Assembly: GCA_963740355.1 (NCBI GenBank) | Contig: CAVUDW010000003.1 | Coordinates: 1,152,001 to 1,216,000, forward strand | Source: an uncultured Gemmatimonadaceae bacterium | GTDB taxonomy: Bacteria > Gemmatimonadota > Gemmatimonadetes > Gemmatimonadales > Gemmatimonadaceae | Direction: 5' to 3' | Length of the DNA stretch: 64,000 nt | In this document: in pieces, positions 19,778 to 30,172 of the stretch | Layout of the letters: every line of letters starts with the position of its first letter | How positions within the stretch are numbered: position 1 is the first letter of the stretch | Program-made: the position numbers and the translations under genes | Notes under the pieces: model-generated | Told to the model about the DNA's origin: nothing | What the model saw: the letters and a program-made list of their open reading frames with translations, nothing else | Database searches by the model: none

Positions 19778-21088
19778 TCACTTCGCGAGCACGATCGCGA
19801 CCACCTGGTCGGGCGATGCGGCGGCGCGCTGCGGGAGTGTGAGAGTGACGGCGTTCTGTGTGGTGGTGACACTGACTGGTGCACCGCCATCGAGCAGCAT
19901 CGCCTTGACCACACGTCGTGGCAACGGCGGCAGCGCAATTACCTGATCGACGCCATGCAGGATGTGCAGGTACAGTGTGTCGCCTTTCTGTGTGGTGACG
20001 CCCCACGGCCGCGGAGTGAGTGGGCCGCCGCGTGTGCCATAGATGGAGCTGCCATTGATGCGCATCCACGCACCCAACGCGGCGAGGCGTGCTTGCGCCG
20101 AGTCGGGAAACGTGCCATCGGGCCGCGGTCCCACGTTGAGCAGGAAGTTCGTGTTGCGTCCGGCTGCTTCGACCATGCTGCGAATGAGCGTGGTAGCTGG
20201 CTTCCAGTTGCGATCGGTGAGGCGAAACCCCCACGAGTCATTCATGGTTTCGGACATCTCGAGCGGCAGTGCGCCGATGACCGTGGTGTTGAACCCCTGC
20301 CCATTCGCACCCGGCAGGTCACGCTCGAACGTCTGCACATCCTCGCCCGGACGCGGCGCTTCGTGGTTGTTGGGGATGATCAGGGTCGCTGGCTGCAGCT
20401 TGTGAATCAACGTGTACGTCTGCTGCAGGCGCCAGTCGGTCTTCGGCTGGTCCCACAGGCCATCGAACCAGATCCCGCCAATCGGCCCGTAGTTGGTGAG
20501 CAACTCGGTGAGCTGCGCATCCATGTAGTCGAGATAGCGTGGGAAGTTGCCGGACTCCGGACGGCCCGCAGTCCGGCCTGTCTCGCCGCGCGGAAAGAAG
20601 TCGGGGTGATGCCAGTCGAGCTGCGAGTAGTAGAGGAAGAACTTCAGGCCTTCCTTGGCACACGCGTCGGCCAGTTCACGCACTACGTCACGCTTGAATG
20701 GGGACCGCGCTACGATGTTGTAGTCCGAGACCTTCGAGTCCCAGAGCGCAATGCCGTCGTGATGCTTGGTGATGAGCGTGATGTACTTCATGCCTGCACC
20801 CTTCGCCATTCGTACCCAGGCGGTGGCGTCGAACTGCGTCGGGTTGAAGAGCGGCACGAGGCTCTCGTATTCCGCGGCACGGATTCCGCGGTTGTTCATC
20901 ACCCATTCGCCGTCCTGCAGCACCGACGACGGTCCCCAGTGAATGAACATCCCCAGCTTCGCATCCTGGTACCAGGTGCGGGCCGCGGCGTTTTCGGGAG
21001 ATGGCGTATAGGCGGGCTGCGCCTGCGACGGTGTCCCGATCAGCAGAACGGCGGCGGCGAATGAGGCAAGACGCGCTGGAAGTGACAC
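19778..21088 (-). CDS. Alpha-L-fucosidase (GH29); start uncertain
   Basis: AKLGMFIHWG, TKHHDG, IWFDG, NFLLNVGP. Confidence 0.93.
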   Translation of the reverse strand: MSLPARLASFAAAVLLIGTPSQAQPAYTPSPENAAARTWYQDAKLGMFIHWGPSSVLQDGEWVMNNRGIRAAEYESLVPLFNPTQFDATAWVRMAKGAGMKYITLITKHHDGIALWDSKVSDYNIVARSPFKRDVVRELADACAKEGLKFFLYYSQLDWHHPDFFPRGETGRTAGRPESGNFPRYLDYMDAQLTELLTNYGPIGGIWFDGLWDQPKTDWRLQQTYTLIHKLQPATLIIPNNHEAPRPGEDVQTFERDLPGANGQGFNTTVIGALPLEMSETMNDSWGFRLTDRNWKPATTLIRSMVEAAGRNTNFLLNVGPRPDGTFPDSAQARLAALGAWMRINGSSIYGTRGGPLTPRPWGVTTQKGDTLYLHILHGVDQVIALPPLPRRVVKAMLLDGGAPVSVTTTQNAVTLTLPQRAAASPDQVVAIVLAK

Positions 21089-21202
21089 GGATCGCGGGGC
21101 GCTGGGGGTGCAGAACGGGGCCGGATGCGCCGAATAATCGATGCGCGTACCGGGCCCCGCCATGCCCTGCACCCTATCGCTTCACGCTCCGGCTGGCGCC
21201 GT

Positions 21203-22246
21203 CTACTTCGAACCGCCAGTCTGCTTGCCGCCGCCTGACACACTCGGGTTCCTGACCACCGGCACGATCGCCAGGCCGCGCTGTCCGCTGCGATCGGTGG
21301 CAGTGACCACAACCGCCAGCGGTCCATAGGGCAGCAAGGACACATCAGCCGTCACCGTCCACAGCGTCTGCTCGAGGCCCGACGGGGAAACGATCACGAC
21401 GCCCTGCATTGGATACGAGCGGCCGGAGATCGTGACCACCACCGAGTCGAGCGGCGACACCGACCGTACGGTCGCTCGCACGACCACAGAGTCGCCAAGC
21501 ACGGTGGCCTCGATCGGTGCGGCAATCGTGACCACGATGTTGGTGTTGAGCGGTGTACGCACCGTGATGGCAGCCGCGCCGCGCTGACCTTCACCGACGG
21601 CCTCGATGATCGCCGATCCAACACCACGCGCCGTCACGATGCCATCAGAGGAGACGATCGCTATCGAATCGTTGCTGCTCGTCCACTGAATGTCGCGGCC
21701 CTCGAGGGCTCGACCAGCGAAATCGCGAGGCATTGCGGTGAACTGCAGCGACGCGCCGATGTCCATGTCGCTGACGCGCGGCGTGACATCGACGGACGCG
21801 ATCGGCAGTGGTCCGGGCGGCGGCGGCGTGACGGTGATAACCCGCTGACCGACCACATCTCCGACCTGCGCGCGGATCGTCGCCGTGCCGGGTGCACGCG
21901 CGAGGATGACACCGTCGGAGGAAACGGTGGCCACTTCCGGATTCAACGACGTCCAGCCGATGCTGCCGACTGTAATCGGCCGCGCTCGCTCATCGAACGC
22001 ATCGACCCGGGCGGCGACGGATTGGCTGGCGGCGACGGTGTCCTGCGGCAGGATCACCGTCATGACGGTCAGCACCGGGAGCGACGGCTTGGGCGTGGTT
22101 GGCTCCGGTGGTGCCGTGGCACCGCTACCGCCACACGCGACTGCAACGACGCCCAGCACCGCGCACAGCACGGCCCTGACGGCAGCGGTGCGCACGGTGG
22201 CGGCGAACGGCGCGAGGCGGAAGTGTAGGTCGCGGAGACTGAGCAT
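21203..22246 (-). CDS. Lipoprotein with bacterial Ig-like (Big_2) domains
   Basis: VACGG lipobox; two WTSxNxxVAxVSSDGxxxA repeats. Confidence 0.82.
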   Translation of the reverse strand: MLSLRDLHFRLAPFAATVRTAAVRAVLCAVLGVVAVACGGSGATAPPEPTTPKPSLPVLTVMTVILPQDTVAASQSVAARVDAFDERARPITVGSIGWTSLNPEVATVSSDGVILARAPGTATIRAQVGDVVGQRVITVTPPPPGPLPIASVDVTPRVSDMDIGASLQFTAMPRDFAGRALEGRDIQWTSSNDSIAIVSSDGIVTARGVGSAIIEAVGEGQRGAAAITVRTPLNTNIVVTIAAPIEATVLGDSVVVRATVRSVSPLDSVVVTISGRSYPMQGVVIVSPSGLEQTLWTVTADVSLLPYGPLAVVVTATDRSGQRGLAIVPVVRNPSVSGGGKQTGGSK

Positions 22247-22384
22247 CAGGGAGCGGCAATCGGGCAGTCGGCGGACGCGCCGTCGAGGTGAATATGCGTT
22301 GCCCCGCCAGCCTTCGTCGACCGAGCACGGCCGTCACCGCTTAGAATGTCCGGCTTCAACCACCTGCTTGCCGGAGCGCCTTGT

Positions 22385-24495
22385 ATGCGTACGCCCTTGA
22401 ATCCGAGCGCCAGCAGCGCGCCGTACCTGCGCCACCTTCGTTCGGCGGTCCTGTTGCTCGCCACCGGGGTTTGGGCGTCCGCCGCCCCGGCGCAGGCCAG
22501 CGATGCGTCGGTGGCGGCCACGATTGCCGCCTGGACGCATCTGGACGCACCGCCGGGCGGTGAATCTCGCGCCGCCGCGGCGCTCAAGGCGACGCTCCCC
22601 GGCTGGAGCGTCGATGGCTTCGGCAACCTGACGAAGCGTGTCGGCAGCGGGTCGCCGCGCCGCGTCGTCGCCTGCGCCATGGACGTCCCGGGCTTCGTCG
22701 TCAGTGCCATCACCGACGATGGATTCGTTCGGCTGCATCACACCGGCACGCCGCTGCATCCGTTGTGGGACCAGTTCCACGAGGCGCAACAGATCCGGAT
22801 CCTTGCGCGTCGCGGCGATGTGCCGGGCGTGGTGGCGATCGCGAACGGGCACTTCGCGCGGCAGCATCGTGGTGACACGGCGGTCGTGAACGTCGACCAA
22901 CTCTGGGTCGACCTCGGCGTGTCGTCACGAGCCGCCGTGGCAGCGCTCGGTGTGCAACTGCTCGATGCGGTGGTGGCAGAGCGACCGGTCTGGACGTACG
23001 AGGGATACGCGGCCGGGCCAGGCGCCGGTGCACGTGCCGGTTGCGCTGCGGTGGCCAGTGCAGCAGCCGCACCGGTGACCAGTGGCGAGACGATCTACGT
23101 GTTGTCGACGCAGCGCAGCTTCGGCTGGGTCGGCCTCGCCGGCATCGTCGCGCGCGTTGGCCCGGTGAATCGCATCACACTGTTCGATGACGGACGCACG
23201 GTCGCGAGCGATCAGATGGTCGCCGCAGGGCGTCTCGGCGCGCAGCGCAAGGGCGGACTGGCGCGCATCGTCCGCAGCGACAGCGTACGCGTGATCAACC
23301 CGCGCGTGCGATTCGCCGGTTCACTGGTGGAGTCGATTCACGCCGATGACGCGCGCGCATTACTGACCGCAGCGCTGCAATCCGGTGGGGCACGCAGCGA
23401 TGCGATCGCATGGACGACGCCACCAGCCGACACGATCCGAGTGCGCGTGCCTCGCACCGATGGATATGAGCAGGCCGAGAGAATCTTTCGCTCGATCGCG
23501 GATCTGCCAGCCGTGCCAGGTCACGAGTTTCGTGTGCGCGATGCGATCACAGCGTTGCTGCCAGCCTGGGCGAGGGCTGTGGCTGTGACGGACACAGCCG
23601 GCAACCTGATCGTCGGCGCCGGACCGGAGCGCGATTCGGTCGCGTTCATCGCACACATGGATGAAGTGTCGTTCGAGGTGGAAGGCATCAACGCTGATGG
23701 CAGCGTGAAGCTGCTGCGCAAGGGCGGAGCGGTGATCAGTGCGTGGGAAGGCCAGCCGGCGATGTTGCACTTCGACCGTGATGCGAATGGCACCGTCGCG
23801 CCGTCGCTGCGAGGTGCGTTCGTTCCGCGCGACTCGGCGCGCACGAAGAACGTTGCGTCGCTGACGGCCTGGTTCGGCGTGGACTCGGCAGGGCTGGTGG
23901 CGCGAGGGGTGCGGATCGGGCAAGGCGTCACGGCCTACAAGCGCGCGATCCGACTCGCGGGCACGCGGCTCACCGGTCGCGGCAGCGATGATCGCACCGG
24001 CAGCACGGCGCTGCTTGCTGGCACTGCAGCGCATCGATCCGAAGGCGCTGTCGACACCGCGTGATCTTCGTCTGGTCGACGCGTGAGGAAGGCGGCCTCT
24101 TTGGCGCCAGCGCATTCGGGGCCGATCATGGTCGTGGCCTGAAGCGCGTCTACAGCATCGACACCTTCGTCTCGTCCGACACGCCACTCGAGCAGCCGAT
24201 GTTCGCCTACCTGCCACTCGGCGCAGGGGCGGTGATGCGTGGGCTGGACGACGCGGCAATCACACCGCCGGCGGAGCGTGATCGGGTGCTGCGCATCGCG
24301 GCCGCGAATCGCATCCCGATTCAGATCGGCACAACCCACGGCGGCACTGATGGTTCGGCCGTGGCCGCCTACGGTGCGCCGAACATCGGCTTGAGCTGGC
24401 CGGGGCGGTATTCGCATGCGCCCGGCGAGGTGCTCGACCTGCGCGACGTGGATGCGCTGATCAGGCTGATCGCGGCCGTTGCGGTGGCGCCGTAA
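22385..24495 (+). CDS. Secreted tandem-domain M42 family aminopeptidase; frameshifted at ~24015 and ~24054
   Basis: C-terminal domain AHMDEV, DDRTG, EEGG, HAPGE; removing two single bases restores ALLLALQRIDPKALSHRVIFVWS. Confidence 0.85.
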
Positions 24496-24504
24496 GCCGC
24501 GGCA

Positions 24505-24630
24505 GGAAATACGGTGACAGTGCACTCAATTCCGCCGGGGAAATACGAGGAAATACGGTGACAGTGCACCGAGCACCTGCACTGAGTGCACTGTCACCGA
24601 TGGTCGCGGAGTCGCTGCCACCGGTGACAC
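24505..24630. repeat. REP-like cluster (GGAAATACGGTGACAGTGCAC x2 plus an inverted copy)
   Basis: Direct copies at 24505 and 24549; inverted GTGCACTGTCACCG at 24586-24599; same core at 35085-35192. Confidence 0.8.
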
Positions 24631-24706
24631 TTTCCGTCTCATCGAGGTAAGGCAGGGTGACAGGTTCGATCGCTGCTGTGAACTGACCTCCGCCCCAGTG
24701 GACGCC

Positions 24707-25222
24707 ATGAAACACGCATGGAGAATGCTCGGATCCGCGGCCTTGTTGCCTGCACTCGGTTGCGGGGGAGGATCACTTGGCGAGCCGACGGATGGTCTGC
24801 TCGCGCTCGGAACGTGGGGCGGAAATGAGGCCGGTGTCCTCGTGACGGATACGCTGGCGCATGTGCACATCGGCTGCACGTATGGTGACCTGCGCGGGCG
24901 GGTGGCGCTGGATGCCGACGGGCGCTTTTCCCAATCCGGGAGCTACCTGCTGCGCGCATATCCGATCGCGATCGGCCCGACGCTGCCAGCGGTCTTCACG
25001 GGCCGCGTCGTCGGCCAGACACTGACGATCAGCGTGACCGTTCGCGATACGATCGCGAACACGGAAGTGGTGCGAGGACCCGTCGCAGTCCAGCTGGGTA
25101 CGGAACCGACGATGGCGAACTGCCCCATCTGTCGGACACCGGGCGATCGCTCGACCGCGCGATTGGTGCCGCGGGCGGCGGCGCAGCACCCCTGGTACAC
25201 GCGGCTTTTCGGCGGTCATTGA
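24707..25222 (+). CDS. Hypothetical lipoprotein
   Basis: ALGCGG lipobox; GTWGG, CPIC motifs. Confidence 0.7.
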   Translation: MKHAWRMLGSAALLPALGCGGGSLGEPTDGLLALGTWGGNEAGVLVTDTLAHVHIGCTYGDLRGRVALDADGRFSQSGSYLLRAYPIAIGPTLPAVFTGRVVGQTLTISVTVRDTIANTEVVRGPVAVQLGTEPTMANCPICRTPGDRSTARLVPRAAAQHPWYTRLFGGH

Positions 25223-25340
25223 CCGGCTGCCGAGGTCAGCCCGCACGCTGCTCAGCTCAGGCGCTCAGCTATTGCGGCGCTGCGCAACCCGCATATTTCA
25301 GGGTCTTGACCTGCCGCAATCAATTCCTCAGGAGCCCATC

Positions 25341-25907
25341 ATGCGACGTTTCGCGTCTGCCCTCGTCCTGCCTTTGGCGCTCGCCGTGGTTGGCGGGATC
25401 GCAGTCTTCCCCGCCCGGGCTTCGGCCCAAGGCCTGATGGCCGAGATGCACACCGATGTTGGCGGCGTGCAGAAAAAGTTGATCGACCTTGCGAATGCGA
25501 TCCCGGAGAGTGCGTATGCCTGGCGGCCGGCGGCCGGCGTTCGCTCCATCGGCGAGGTGTTCAAGCATGTCGCCAGTGACAACTACCTCATCCCGATCAT
25601 GATGGGCGCCCCGGCGCCGGCGTCGAGCGGCATCTCGGCAACCGACATGAAGACCGTCGAGGCGTACGAGAAGCGGCCGATGACGAAGGCGCAGATCATC
25701 GCGGAACTGGAAGCGTCGTTCAATCACCTGCACGGCGCGATGCGACTGACCACCGATGCGAACCTGAGCGAGATGATCAAGTTCTTCGGGTCGGACTGGA
25801 GCCGTCAGAAGGCGATGTTGATGACGGTGACACACCTGCACGAGCACCTCGGGCAGTCGATTGCATACGCGCGCAGCAACAACGTCGTGCCGCCCTGGAG
25901 CAAGTAA
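25341..25907 (+). CDS. Secreted DinB family protein
   Basis: RSIGEVFKH, HLHEHLGQSIAYARSNNVVPPWS; AGGAG RBS. Confidence 0.88.
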   Translation: MRRFASALVLPLALAVVGGIAVFPARASAQGLMAEMHTDVGGVQKKLIDLANAIPESAYAWRPAAGVRSIGEVFKHVASDNYLIPIMMGAPAPASSGISATDMKTVEAYEKRPMTKAQIIAELEASFNHLHGAMRLTTDANLSEMIKFFGSDWSRQKAMLMTVTHLHEHLGQSIAYARSNNVVPPWSK

Positions 25908-25913
25908 GGCGCT

Positions 25914-27209
25914 TCAGCGTTTATCCACCACGACCGCGCCACCCTTCATCACCCATCGAACGTTGTTGATCACGACGCCGATATCGTCGAGCGGATCTCC
26001 GGACACCGCGACGATATCGGCGAAGAATCCGGGGGCGACGTTGCCAATCCGGTCCGACATGCCGAGGAGTGCCGCGCCTCCGCTTGTCGCAGATGCCAGC
26101 GCCTGGGCGGGCGTCATGCCGGCCTTCACGAACCATCCGAGTTCGCGTGTGTTTTCGCCGAACATCCACCACACGGCATCGGATCCCATCGCGAACTTCA
26201 CGCCGGCCTTGTGCGCTCGGCGCGCGGTCTCGAGGTTGAGCAGGCGGAACGAATCCAGCCCGGCAACCTGCTCGGCGCTATATCCGAGCAGCTTCGCGTT
26301 TTCGGCATAGAAGCGATTGTGATCGATCGTCGGCACATAGTAGGTCGCGCTCCGCGCCCACTCGGCAAGCGTCGCGTCCTCGAGCCCAGCGGGATGTTCA
26401 ACCGCATCGGCGCCGGCGTGCATCGCGGCGCGGCCGCCTGACTCTCCGTAGGAGTGAATCGCGATCCTGCGACCGAGTCGGTGCGCCACCTCGACGGCAA
26501 TGCGCATTTCCGCATCGGTGAACGTCTGTCGACCGGTGACGTTGGCGTAGGTGCCAGTCGAGCCGTACATCTTGATCCAGTCGGCGCCCGCATCTACCTG
26601 CGCCTTGATGGCGACGGGGATGTCCGTGCTATCGACGATGCGACCGTTGGCCGGGTTGCGCGTGGGCGGCGCGCCGTCGCGTCCTGGTCCGGCCTTCGAC
26701 AAGCCATACCCCGCAACGAACATGCGCGGGCCGATCATGGCGCCCTTGTTGATCGAGTCGCGCATCGCGATGTCGGCGTAGTTCGACGCGCCAAGATCGC
26801 GCACCGTGGTGACGCCAGTTTCGAGCGTCTTGCGCGCATTTTCCGCCGACGCCAGAACGACTGAGTCCTTCGAGCGCGGCGCACCAACGCCAGTTGGATT
26901 CGCCTTGTCGCGCCAGTAGGTCATGTGAGTGTGCACGTCGATCATGCCAGGAATCGCCGTGTACGCGCGCAGGTCCGTGACGACCACGCCGAGCGGCACG
27001 GCGCGGTCGCCGGTGCCGACGCTGAGAATCCGGTCGCCCTGGATGACGATCACCGCATCGCGGGTCCGGTGGCCGAATCCGTCAACCAGCGCTCCAAAAC
27101 GGAGGGCACGGATCGGTGCGCCTTGTGCGGGTGCTGGCGCCCGTGCGCGTGGTGCACAGGCAATCGCCAGCGCGAGAACGATCGCGCCAACACTCAGTCG
27201 TCGGAACAT
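25914..27209 (-). CDS. Amidohydrolase family protein (Xaa-Pro dipeptidase-like)
   Basis: PGMIDVHTH, GVTTVRDLG, AIHSYG, EH, GSDA, ADIVAV.GDPL. Confidence 0.9.
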   Translation of the reverse strand: MFRRLSVGAIVLALAIACAPRARAPAPAQGAPIRALRFGALVDGFGHRTRDAVIVIQGDRILSVGTGDRAVPLGVVVTDLRAYTAIPGMIDVHTHMTYWRDKANPTGVGAPRSKDSVVLASAENARKTLETGVTTVRDLGASNYADIAMRDSINKGAMIGPRMFVAGYGLSKAGPGRDGAPPTRNPANGRIVDSTDIPVAIKAQVDAGADWIKMYGSTGTYANVTGRQTFTDAEMRIAVEVAHRLGRRIAIHSYGESGGRAAMHAGADAVEHPAGLEDATLAEWARSATYYVPTIDHNRFYAENAKLLGYSAEQVAGLDSFRLLNLETARRAHKAGVKFAMGSDAVWWMFGENTRELGWFVKAGMTPAQALASATSGGAALLGMSDRIGNVAPGFFADIVAVSGDPLDDIGVVINNVRWVMKGGAVVVDKR

Positions 27210-27310
27210 GACAATCTCACGGCTCGGAAGTTTTGCAGCGCTGAAAATCTCGCCGCGGTTTGTTGAAGACATTTGCGTTACGCGCATGTGCATGCACGCG
27301 AGCACGCTCG

Positions 27311-28483
27311 TCAGCGCCGAAACGGATCGATGAACCGCGGGTCGGTGTGGATCGCGTCGTCGGTGAGTGTGCGCAGGAATGCGACCACGGCCGCCTTGTC
27401 TTCCGCGCTCAGGTGCAGGCGTTGCGGCACATTCGGGGCGCCATCGGTGAGACGCGGATCGAGTGCGGGGCCTGGCTGGATGCCGCTGTTGTAGAACTCG
27501 ACCACCTCTTCCAGTGTCGAGAATCGGCCGTCGTGCATGAAGTGCCGCGAGGTGCCGACGCTCTTCAACGATGGCGACTTGAAGACACGTGTCTCACCGG
27601 CATCCAGCCCGTTGCTCTTTGAGCCGCCTGAGAGCGTGAATTGCGGGAAGCGGTGGCAGACTTCGCAGTTCGCGCCACCGACGCTATTCGAGGTGGCGAA
27701 CAGCAGCTTGCCACGATTCTCCTGCGCGGTGAGCTGGTGCAGCGGTGCCAGTCGATCGACGATCGCCCCACCATCAGCAGCCAGCGCAAAGTCGAAGCGG
27801 GACGAGTTGGACACGATCGAGCGCAGGTACTGCGCCAGCGCCTGCTTGAGCCGTGGTTCCGTGATCTGTTCGTCACCGAATGCGATCGAGAACAGTTCCG
27901 GGTAATACGGCAAGGCTCGCATCCGCTTCAGCAACGAATCGATGCCTCCGACCGCCGCAGTGAATCCGAGCTCGATCGGGTCACGAATCGGTTGCGTGAC
28001 CTGGTCTTCGAGCGAGGCTGCGCGTTGATCCCAGAACTCGGTGCCCGGGCCGAAGAAGCGCAGGTTGATCAGGCGCATCGCGGTGGCGCGCGTGTTGGGC
28101 CGGCCGTCGAAGCCGACGCTGAATCGCAGGGTATCGGCGAGCCCTGCCTCCACCTGGTGACAGCTGGCGCAGGATGCGCGACCGTTGATGCTGAGTGCCT
28201 TGTCGTAGAACAACACGCGGCCGAGTGTGGCGCCGCCATTGGTCGTCGGGTTGTTCGACGCCATCATGTTGTCCTGCAGCCGCATCTGTTCTGCGGTGAA
28301 GTTGATCGGCGTGGAACCACGCGAGTACGCCAGCAGTCGTTCTGGGTCGAGGGTGAGCGCGGCCCGGATGGCAGGGTAGGTGACGGTAGGCGAGACTGGC
28401 GTGGCGGTGTCGGCACCACTGCTGCAGCTGACCAGCGCTAGCAGCAGGAAGACGCGCGTCCCGCCCACGTGCGACCGTGTCAT
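27311..28483 (-). CDS. Di-heme cytochrome c peroxidase/MauG family lipoprotein
   Basis: LGRVLFYD, CASCH, FWDQRA, CEVCH, FKSPSL, FMHDG. Confidence 0.9.
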   Translation of the reverse strand: MTRSHVGGTRVFLLLALVSCSSGADTATPVSPTVTYPAIRAALTLDPERLLAYSRGSTPINFTAEQMRLQDNMMASNNPTTNGGATLGRVLFYDKALSINGRASCASCHQVEAGLADTLRFSVGFDGRPNTRATAMRLINLRFFGPGTEFWDQRAASLEDQVTQPIRDPIELGFTAAVGGIDSLLKRMRALPYYPELFSIAFGDEQITEPRLKQALAQYLRSIVSNSSRFDFALAADGGAIVDRLAPLHQLTAQENRGKLLFATSNSVGGANCEVCHRFPQFTLSGGSKSNGLDAGETRVFKSPSLKSVGTSRHFMHDGRFSTLEEVVEFYNSGIQPGPALDPRLTDGAPNVPQRLHLSAEDKAAVVAFLRTLTDDAIHTDPRFIDPFRR

Positions 28484-28498
28484 GTGTCGCCCCGAGTG

Positions 28499-29164
28499 CT
28501 ACGAGCGAGCGACAAGCGCCACTGCCTGCGACCCGCCGCGCGAGACACTTCGACAGAACGAGCAATCAAAGAGCACGATTTCAGGTGCCGCCGTCTTCAC
28601 CATCGCGATGACCTTGCTGAGCGTCAGGTCCGTGTGCAGGATGCGATTGCGGATCGTGACGACCGCTGGGGTCTTGTTCCGCGCCACTGCGGTCCCGAGG
28701 ATCTTCTTGATCCGGTCCGAGGCATTCGCCTTGACGGCCTTCTCCAATTGCGACGAGGCAATCTCGCGCGAATTGAAGGCGCGAGAGATGGTTTGCGCGA
28801 TGAGCGAATACGACTCGTTGACGTTGGCCGAGTTGTGGCGTCCCTGATATTTCGTCAGGCAATAGTCGAAGCATTCGTCGCCTTCGCTGAGGATCTCGCG
28901 CGGCACGGCTTCGTTCTGGTAGAACTCGGCGAACCCAGGATCGAGGACGCTGAAAGTGTCCTCCGAGTAGAATCGCACGATCGTGTCTGCGGGCAGACGG
29001 AAGGTGCCGGCATTCTTGGTGGCGCGTCCGCCGTGGGCGGAGATGATGCAGGTCGTCGAATCGCCGTGTGGCTTGAACAGATAGAGCCGGTCGTTGACGT
29101 TGAAGACCGTCAAGCCGGCGTGATCCGCGAGCTTGTTGATATCCGACTTGCCGAAGAATGCCAT
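28499..29164 (-). CDS. Cytoplasmic hypothetical protein resembling the 'putative adhesin Stv' domain
   Basis: IISAHGG, IVRFY, DYCLTKY, VVTIRNR, FDCSFCRS pattern; family call from memory. Confidence 0.6.
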   Translation of the reverse strand: MAFFGKSDINKLADHAGLTVFNVNDRLYLFKPHGDSTTCIISAHGGRATKNAGTFRLPADTIVRFYSEDTFSVLDPGFAEFYQNEAVPREILSEGDECFDYCLTKYQGRHNSANVNESYSLIAQTISRAFNSREIASSQLEKAVKANASDRIKKILGTAVARNKTPAVVTIRNRILHTDLTLSKVIAMVKTAAPEIVLFDCSFCRSVSRGGSQAVALVARS

Positions 29165-29346
29165 GGGGATTCCGGGTCGATCGCGAGCCGAGAAGCTGGA
29201 GCACCGGCGTCGCCGGCGGGATCTCACACGAGTCCTCGCCGGGCCCGCGGCAGCTTGGACGGTCGGGGTGCCGTCGCCGCGGGAGTATGCGACGCGGGAC
29301 TGAGGCGCGCCAGCGTGCAGATGCGATATATCGGAGTGCGCCGCGG

Positions 29347-29796
29347 TCAGTTGCGTGGTGGCAGCCACCGCTCCGGCGCGCCGGCTGTGCCGATGGAGAC
29401 GCCGAGGAGCGTGGAAACGATGGCGATGGTGCGACCGTAGCCCTGCGTCGGCGTGGTTGCGTTGCCACCGAGCGATTTCAGGAGCGCCCAGGCCACCAGT
29501 CCGAAGCCACCGCCAATCGCCGTGCCCTGCAATGCACCGCGTACGCGGTCCTTGCCGGCTCCGATCGCGTAGGACCGGATATTCGTCGATGCCAGTGCAA
29601 CGGGCGGTTGATTGCCGAGGGTCTTGATGCGCACTGTGTCGGCGCCGGCATTGAGGAGTGGGCCGCTGAATCGGTCCTGGGCAACCGTCTCGATGCGGAC
29701 CATGGTGCCCGCTGGGAGATCGATGAGACGCTGGGCGTGTGCCACGGGCGTGGTGAGGGCGAACAGTATCGCGGTGCAAAGTGCGGGGATCCGCAT
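29347..29796 (-). CDS. Secreted/membrane hypothetical protein with Gly-rich hydrophobic C-terminus
   Basis: Signal peptide ...VAHAQ; GTAIGGGFG and GVSIG glycine-zipper-like segments. Confidence 0.65.
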   Translation of the reverse strand: MRIPALCTAILFALTTPVAHAQRLIDLPAGTMVRIETVAQDRFSGPLLNAGADTVRIKTLGNQPPVALASTNIRSYAIGAGKDRVRGALQGTAIGGGFGLVAWALLKSLGGNATTPTQGYGRTIAIVSTLLGVSIGTAGAPERWLPPRN

Positions 29797-29920
29797 GCAC
29801 GACTCCAGTGGGTGCATGGTGGTGTCGGCGGCCGTGAATCGGCGCAGGATGCGCCGAAGTGTCACAATGTGCGGTGCAGCGTGTGGAATTGCAGGCTCAT
29901 GGGGGCGGTGTTGCTGAGGT

Positions 29921-29953
29921 CATGGGGACTGAGTTCATGGGGACGGAGTTCCT
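29921..29953 (+). repeat. REP-like GGGGACGGAGTT pair (left of tRNA operon)
   Basis: CATGGGGACTGAGTT followed by CATGGGGACGGAGTTCCT. Confidence 0.65.
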
Positions 29954-29986
29954 CCGCTTTCCAGGACCGGCCGACCGTGTGAAAGA

Positions 29987-30019
29987 CAAAACCCCGCAGC
30001 GACCGAAGTCACTGCGGGG
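29987..30019 (-). terminator. Rho-independent terminator after tRNA-Tyr
   Basis: CCCCGCAG.GAC-CGAA-GTC.CTGCGGGG hairpin followed by TTTT on the minus strand. Confidence 0.75.
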
Positions 30020-30029
30020 CCTGCACTTA

Positions 30030-30112
30030 TGGTGGAGGAAGGATTCGAACCTTCGAAGACCGGAGTCGACAGATTTACAGTCTGTTGCCGTTGACCGCTT
30101 GGCTACTCCACC
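30030..30112 (-). tRNA. tRNA-Tyr (GTA)
   Basis: GGTGGAGTAGCCAAGCGGTCAACGGCAACAGACTGTAAATCTGTC...GGTTCGAATCCTTCCTCCACCA; long variable arm. Confidence 0.97.
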
Positions 30113-30172
30113 GACAAGAACACACAACACCACAACATCCTCTCGGTCGCTGACGTGCCGGCGACCGGCGAG

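Noticed and set aside
24505..24630. Possible mini-CRISPR (21-bp direct repeat)
   Set aside because: Only two direct copies plus an inverted copy; the same motif forms hairpins at 35.1 kb, so it is REP-like
29165..29800. N-terminal half of the 433-aa ORF 28499..29800
   Set aside because: Low-complexity Arg/His/Pro read-through overlapping the 29347-29796 gene; the plausible start is ATG at 29164
479..30029. Prophage or ICE integrated at tRNA-Tyr or tRNA-Gly
   Set aside because: No integrase, phage or conjugation genes, and no duplicated tRNA 3' end found
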